Positions 58,856 to 64,000 of a DNA stretch of 64,000 bases are shown piece after piece. Numbering within the stretch: the stretch's first letter is position 1; every line of letters begins with the position of its first letter. The notes under the pieces are model-generated. The model saw only the letters and a program-made list of their open reading frames with translations, searched no databases and was not told the DNA's origin. The stretch lies in contig OY762897.2 in NCBI GenBank assembly GCA_963666515.2, positions 2,944,001 to 3,008,000 on the forward strand, given 5' to 3'. The translations under genes and the position numbers were made by a program. This DNA comes from Candidatus Binatia bacterium (GTDB lineage: Bacteria; Desulfobacterota; Binatia; UBA9968; JAJDTQ01).

Positions 58856-61702
58856 CTAGCGGTCCGCGGAGAGCTGCGCCGCGCCGCCGCCGTCCACCCG
58901 CAGGGCTCCCCGGCTGATGGGGATCTTTTCGAAGCCTTCGATGACGTCGCCGACCTTGACGTCCTGATACCCGTCGAGGGCGATGCCGCACTCGTATCCG
59001 GTGCCCACCTCGCGCACGTCGTCCTTGAAACGCTTCAGGCTCGCGAGCCGGCCCTCGTGCACCACCACCTGGTCCCGCAACAGCCGTATCATGCTGGAAC
59101 GCATGATCTTGCCGTCGGTGACCGAACAGCCCGCGATGGTGCCCACCCCGCGGATGTTGAAGACCTCCCGGACCTGGATACGGGCGTGGAACTCCTCGCG
59201 GAAGACCGGCTCCAGGAGCCCCTCCATGGCCGAGCGGATATCGTCGATCACCTCATAGATGATGGTGTAGAGCCTCACGTCCACGCCCTGCTGCACCGCC
59301 AGGCTCGTGGCCTTGGGCTCGGGACGGACGTTGAAACCGATGACGATGGCGTTGGAGGCGCTGGCCAGCAGCACGTCGCTCTCGGTGATGCCGCCCACCG
59401 AGCCGTGGATCACCCGGATCTTCACCTCGTCGGTGGAGAGCCGGGTCACGGCCTCGTTCAGGGCCTCCACGGAGCCGTGGACGTCGCCCTTCACGACCAC
59501 CCGCAGCTCCTTGACCTCGCTGGCCTTGATCTGGTCGTAGAACTCTTCGAGCGAGACCTTGCTGGTCTTGGCCAGCTCGGCCTCGCGCTGCTGGGTCTCG
59601 CGGTATTCGGCGAACTGCCTTGCCGAGCCCTCGTCGGTGAGCGCCGAGAACGCCTCGCCGGCCTGCGGCACGCCCTGGAGTCCCAGGATCTCCACCGGAA
59701 TGGACGGCGTCGCCGTGTCCACCTTGCGCCCCTGGTCGTCCACCATGGCCCGCACCTTGCCGTGATGAGGCCCGGCGAAGATGGGGTCCCCCACCTTGAG
59801 CGTCCCCTCCTGGACCAGCACGGTGGACACCGGTCCGCGGCCCCGCTCCAGCTTGGCCTCGACGACCGCGCCCCGGGCCAGCTTGTTGGGGTTGGCCTTC
59901 AACTCCAGAAGATCCGCCTGGAGCAGCAGCATCTCCATCAGACCGGGCAATCCTTCGTGGGTCACCGCCGAGACCGGCACGAAGATCGTATCGCCGCCCC
60001 ATGCCTCCGGCACCAAGCCATGGTCGGACAAGCCGCGCTGGACCCGGTCCGGATCCGCGTCGGGACGGTCCATCTTGTTCACCGCCACGATGATCGGCAC
60101 TTCCGCGGCGCGGGCGTGATCCACCGCTTCGATGGTCTGCGGCATCACGCCGTCGTCCGCGGCCACCACCAGCACCACGATGTCGGTGACCTTGGCGCCC
60201 CTGGCGCGCATGGCGGTGAAGGCTTCGTGTCCGGGCGTGTCGAGGAAGGTGACCCCCCTGCCGTCGAGCCGCACGTGGTAGGCGCCGATGTGCTGGGTGA
60301 TCCCGCCCGCCTCCGCGTCGGTCACGTTGGCGCTGCGGATGGCGTCGAGCAGGGACGTCTTGCCGTGGTCCACGTGTCCCATGATGGTGACCACCGGCGG
60401 GCGCGGCTCCAGCGCCTCCTCCGGGTCGGTGACCTCGTGCTGATCCTGGAGCGCGGTCTCGACGTCGAAGGCCACGTTCTCCACCTGGTAGTCGAACTCG
60501 TTCGCCACCAGGGTCGCGGTGTCGAAGTCCAGCACCTGGTTGATGGTGGCCATCATGCCGAGGCCCATGAGCTTCTTGATGACCTCGCCGGCCTTGATGC
60601 CCATGTCCTTGGCCATGTCGCCCACGGTGATGGCCTCGTCCATGCGGATGACCCGCTTGCGGGCCGCGGGCACCGTGATCTCGGTCTTCTTCTGCTCCTT
60701 GCCGGGCAGGGCGCGCTTCTTCCTGAGCACGCGGCCGCGCGGAGAGCGGAACTCGCGCTCCTTCAGCTCGATGACTTCCTGCTTCCGGATGACCCGTTTC
60801 CTGCCTTTGCCGCCCTTGCCTTGCCCGTCCGCTTCCGCCGGCGGCTGTCCGCCGTCGCGCGGCGCGCCCGGCGCCGCCGGCTTCGCGGAAGCGGTTTTCG
60901 AAGGCGCCGGCGCCGGCTTCCGGTTCAGGTCGATGCGCCCGAGGATTCGGGGGCCGGTCAGCCCGGTGGTTTGTCCCGGCGTCTCCGCGGCCTTGTCGTC
61001 GGCGGGCGCGGCGGCGCCGTTGGCGGCGCTCGCGGCCTCGGGCGCCGGCTGCGCGGGTTCTTCCACCGCGGCGGGCGCTACGGGCTCCTCCGGCTGCTCC
61101 TCCTGCGCCTGGGCTTCGGCGGCGCCCGCGGCCTCGGGCTCGGCCGCGGCTTCCTCCGGGGAGGCCGCCTCCGCGGCCTCGGGCTGCCGGTCCGCCTGAT
61201 CCGCCTCGGGCGCGGGCTCCTGGACCGCGGACTCCTCGGCCGCGGCCTCCGCCGGCGCCGTTTCGCGCGGCGCGGTTTCCTGAAGCGGCGCTTCGCGCGG
61301 GACGGCTTCCTGAGCCGCCGCCTCCTCGGCCGCTTCCTCCTCCTGCGGCGGGTGCTCCACCGGATGAATGGGTCTGCGAGTGACCAGCTCGACCGTGCTT
61401 CTGCGGCGCCGGATGACGTTGGCGCGAACGCGGCGCTCCACCACCTTCTCGTGCGCCTGCACCTCGCCCATGTCCTCGTCCTCGGCGGTGATCGTGCGAT
61501 CGACCACGACCCGTTCTTCGCCGACCGTCACCTTCGGCTTCTCGGTGGCGGCAATCGCCGCCTTGACGGCCTCGATCTCCGAATCGTCGAGGGAGCTTTG
61601 CGATTTCTTGCCACGGATCCGGATCTTCTCGAGTTGAGCGATGAGATCCCTGGTCTCGAGATCGAGCTGCCTGGCCAGTTGATGCACTCTCACTTTGCTC
61701 AT
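58856..61702 (-). CDS. infB: Translation initiation factor IF-2
   Basis: [10 protein letters not shown] start, [17 protein letters not shown]. Confidence 0.99.
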   Translation of the reverse strand: MSKVRVHQLARQLDLETRDLIAQLEKIRIRGKKSQSSLDDSEIEAVKAAIAATEKPKVTVGEERVVVDRTITAEDEDMGEVQAHEKVVERRVRANVIRRRRSTVELVTRRPIHPVEHPPQEEEAAEEAAAQEAVPREAPLQETAPRETAPAEAAAEESAVQEPAPEADQADRQPEAAEAASPEEAAAEPEAAGAAEAQAQEEQPEEPVAPAAVEEPAQPAPEAASAANGAAAPADDKAAETPGQTTGLTGPRILGRIDLNRKPAPAPSKTASAKPAAPGAPRDGGQPPAEADGQGKGGKGRKRVIRKQEVIELKEREFRSPRGRVLRKKRALPGKEQKKTEITVPAARKRVIRMDEAITVGDMAKDMGIKAGEVIKKLMGLGMMATINQVLDFDTATLVANEFDYQVENVAFDVETALQDQHEVTDPEEALEPRPPVVTIMGHVDHGKTSLLDAIRSANVTDAEAGGITQHIGAYHVRLDGRGVTFLDTPGHEAFTAMRARGAKVTDIVVLVVAADDGVMPQTIEAVDHARAAEVPIIVAVNKMDRPDADPDRVQRGLSDHGLVPEAWGGDTIFVPVSAVTHEGLPGLMEMLLLQADLLELKANPNKLARGAVVEAKLERGRGPVSTVLVQEGTLKVGDPIFAGPHHGKVRAMVDDQGRKVDTATPSIPVEILGLQGVPQAGEAFSALTDEGSARQFAEYRETQQREAELAKTSKVSLEEFYDQIKASEVKELRVVVKGDVHGSVEALNEAVTRLSTDEVKIRVIHGSVGGITESDVLLASASNAIVIGFNVRPEPKATSLAVQQGVDVRLYTIIYEVIDDIRSAMEGLLEPVFREEFHARIQVREVFNIRGVGTIAGCSVTDGKIMRSSMIRLLRDQVVVHEGRLASLKRFKDDVREVGTGYECGIALDGYQDVKVGDVIEGFEKIPISRGALRVDGGGAAQLSADR

Positions 61703-61962
61703 TTCCCACTCCGTTGAGCGCGAAGCCTTCCCAACAGGTCCTCGCGATCCTTGCGGGACAGATCGCGACGAAACGCCCGGTAGACGCTCTTGCGCTTCAG
61801 GAAAGCCCGCCAGCAATCCTCGCTGTCATGCAGATAGCCTCCTCGTCCGCTGTGTTCTTCGGGCCGCAAGCCTTCCGCGGTCACCGCCACCCGGCGCATC
61901 ACGGCCTTCTCGTCGCGCTGACCGCAGCCCAGACAGGTCCGTACGGGCGAACGGCCGCTCAC
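61699..61962 (-). CDS. ylxR: YlxR/DUF448 family RNA-binding protein
   Basis: [15 protein letters not shown]; between nusA and infB. Confidence 0.9.
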   Translation of the reverse strand: MSGRSPVRTCLGCGQRDEKAVMRRVAVTAEGLRPEEHSGRGGYLHDSEDCWRAFLKRKSVYRAFRRDLSRKDREDLLGRLRAQRSGK

Positions 61963-63374
61963 GCGCCTTGCTGAGGAGTCGGCTCCGCTTCCTCCTCGCC
62001 GGCCGCGGAGGCGGGCTCTTCGGAAGCCTCGCTTGCCGCAGGCTCCGGCTCGGAAGCCGCTGCCTCGGACTCTGCCGTCTCCGCCGCGGCCTCGCTCGCC
62101 GCAGCCTCCTCCGCCTCCCGGGCCGCACGCTCACGCTCTTCCTCCAGGTGCTTCGCGCACGCCTCCAGGATGACCTGGGCCTTCTCCGGCTCGATGCCGG
62201 TGATCTCGTTGATGGTGGCGGCCTCGGCCTCGGACAGGTCCTCGGCCGACTTGAAGCCCGACTGATAGAGCAGCTCCGCCATCACCTCGCTCACGCCGGG
62301 GATCGCGGACAGCGACTGCCTCGCCTGCCGGCTCTCCTCGTCCGCCTCCGATTCGCTGCGGGCGTCGATGCCCCAGCCGGTGAGGCGGGAAGCCAGCCGG
62401 ACGTTCTGACCCTTGCGGCCGATGGCCAGGGAGAGCTGCTCGTCCGGCACGATCACCTCCATGGTGTGGGCGTCGTCGTCCAGCAGTATCTTGGTGACCT
62501 TGGCCGGGGCCAGCGCCCGGCATACGTATTCGGCCTGTTCCGGGATCCAGTGGACGATGTCGATCTTCTCTCCCCGAAGCTCCTGCACCACCGACTGCAC
62601 CCGGGTGCCCTTCATGCCCACGCAGGCGCCCACCGGATCGACGTCGGGGTCGTTGGAGGTCACGGCGATCTTCGCCCGTCCGCCCGGCTCCCGGGCCGCT
62701 CCCTTGACCTCGACGATCCCTTCGTAGATCTCGGGGACTTCCTGCTCGAACAGCTTGATCAGCATGCCCGGGTGGGTGCGCGACAGCACGATCTGGGGTC
62801 CGCGGCTGGTCATCTCGACGCTGACGATGTAGGCCCGGATGCGGTCGCCCTGCCGGTAGCGTTCCCGCGGGACCTGCTCCTTTTCCGGCAGGATCGCGTT
62901 GGTCCTGCCCAGGTTCACGATGATGTTGTTCTTCTCGAAGCGCTGCACGATGCCGTGGACCAGCTCGCCCTGGCGGTCCTTGAACTCGTTGAAAATGATC
63001 TCGCGCTCGACGTCCCGCACCCGCTGCACGATGTTCTGCTTGGCCGCCTGGGCCGCGATCCGGCCGAACACCGTGGCGTCGATCTTCATGAGCAGCTCGT
63101 CGCCCAGCTCCACGTCCGGGTCCAGCGTGTCACGGGCCTCGTCGAGATCGATCTGGGTGTCGGGGTCGGCGACGTCGTCCACCACCACCTTGGCCTCGAA
63201 GATCTCGATCTCCCCGATATCGGGGTTGTACTGGGCCTCGAAGCTCCGCTCCGCGCCGAAGGTCTTCTTGGCCGCCGACACCATGGCGGACTCGATGGCC
63301 TCGACCAGGATTTCCCTGTCGATGCCCTTTTCCTTGGTCACCTGCTCGATGACCCGACTCAGATCCTGCTGCAT
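61959..63374 (-). CDS. nusA: Transcription termination factor NusA
   Basis: FGRIAAQAAKQ, DPVGACVG, AIGRKGQNVRLA. Confidence 0.99.
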   Translation of the reverse strand: MQQDLSRVIEQVTKEKGIDREILVEAIESAMVSAAKKTFGAERSFEAQYNPDIGEIEIFEAKVVVDDVADPDTQIDLDEARDTLDPDVELGDELLMKIDATVFGRIAAQAAKQNIVQRVRDVEREIIFNEFKDRQGELVHGIVQRFEKNNIIVNLGRTNAILPEKEQVPRERYRQGDRIRAYIVSVEMTSRGPQIVLSRTHPGMLIKLFEQEVPEIYEGIVEVKGAAREPGGRAKIAVTSNDPDVDPVGACVGMKGTRVQSVVQELRGEKIDIVHWIPEQAEYVCRALAPAKVTKILLDDDAHTMEVIVPDEQLSLAIGRKGQNVRLASRLTGWGIDARSESEADEESRQARQSLSAIPGVSEVMAELLYQSGFKSAEDLSEAEAATINEITGIEPEKAQVILEACAKHLEEERERAAREAEEAAASEAAAETAESEAAASEPEPAASEASEEPASAAGEEEAEPTPQQGA

Positions 63375-63402
63375 CTCTGTCCCCCAACTACGCTTTCCCC
63401 GG

Positions 63403-63897
63403 TCATCCCGGCGACGCCCAGTCGTACTCGACGTTGGCCTTGACGATGGCGCCGAACGGGATGAAAACCTCGCGACCGTCCTGCAGCACCACCACGCCGT
63501 CTCCGGCGGCGCCGTGCAGCGGTCCGAGAAAGTTCTTCCGGCCGCCGATCATCTCGCCGGTATGGACCCGGACCCTCTGCCCGACGAACCGGGCGAAATG
63601 CTCCGGTCTCCTGAGCGGACGGTTGATGCCGGGAGACGAGACCTCCAGGGTGTAGGAACCCGCGACCACGTCATGGACGTCCAGAAAGTCGCTCAACTCG
63701 CGGCTGACCCGGCCCAACTCCTCGATCCCCGGCGCCTCGGTCTCGTCCCGCTTCCCGACCCTGTCCAGGTACACGCGCAACACACGGCCCGACCTCCCCT
63801 CGTGCCGGAGCTCGATGTCCACCACCTCCAGCCCCTCGCCGGCGGCCAACGGCTCCACGAACTCCCAGAGGCGATCCAGTGTCTCGCTCGTCGCCAT
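63403..63897 (-). CDS. rimP: Ribosome maturation factor RimP
   Basis: LRVYLD, YTLEVSSPGINRPL. Confidence 0.96.
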   Translation of the reverse strand: MATSETLDRLWEFVEPLAAGEGLEVVDIELRHEGRSGRVLRVYLDRVGKRDETEAPGIEELGRVSRELSDFLDVHDVVAGSYTLEVSSPGINRPLRRPEHFARFVGQRVRVHTGEMIGGRKNFLGPLHGAAGDGVVVLQDGREVFIPFGAIVKANVEYDWASPG

Positions 63898-63923
63898 CGG
63901 CACCTCGAACAAGCACCTCAAAT

Positions 63924-63947
63924 AAAAAAGCGGGCAAGCTGCCCACT
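63924..63947 (-). promoter_or_regulatory. rimP leader terminator-like hairpin
   Basis: AGTGGGC-AGCTT-GCCCGC-TTTTTT just upstream of rimP, matching the known GGGc...gCCC rimP-leader hairpin. Confidence 0.75.
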
Positions 63948-64000
63948 GATGCTTGATGTTTTACAACATTGACGCCGCCCAATGCAAACCACGCGCCGCT

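Noticed and set aside
60960-61350. Ala/Glu/Pro-rich quasi-repeats in the infB N-terminal region
   Set aside because: Ordinary low-complexity IF-2 linker, not a repeat array
53329-61717. Very long plus-strand ORFs (1150 aa and 1054 aa) and similar ones antisense to the dcw, pur and hydantoinase genes
   Set aside because: Typical stop-poor antisense frames of high-GC genes; no motifs, and fully overlapping well-supported genes
63401-63420. gtcatcccggcg at the rimP stop as another family A repeat
   Set aside because: Match is too short and lacks the palindromic second arm

Overview
High-GC bacterial chromosome segment; gene order and content suggest a deltaproteobacteria-like lineage (inference). 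Most of it is housekeeping DNA on the minus strand: rimP-nusA-ylxR-infB-DUF503-rbfA-truB-rpsO-pnp-M16 peptidase-dut-purB-purC-purS-purQ-purL-purF; zinc-ribbon gene-rnpB; a complete dcw cluster (mraZ to ftsZ) with a STAS gene between mraZ and rsmH; and mtnA-gshA-panB-panC-smpB-ssrA. There is also a catabolic block (FAD oxidase, SDR, one hydantoinase/oxoprolinase A and two tandem B subunits). Two accessory regions stand out. (1) 1-8250 is a defence island at the 3' end of the tmRNA gene. It holds a 720-bp integrase-less hicAB unit between 58-bp direct repeats, a frameshifted DUF5655-like gene remnant, type I hsdM-hsdS and, 22 nt after hsdS, a >1120-codon reverse transcriptase-nitrilase fusion (DRT1/UG1-like). 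The ORF track omits this gene because it runs off the left edge. (2) About 42240-45870 is a decayed lower-GC insertion with an orphan DNA methyltransferase and unknown membrane or secreted proteins. The best candidate for a new system is the RT-nitrilase embedded in the type I R-M operon. All protein family calls come from motifs read by eye; no database search was run.
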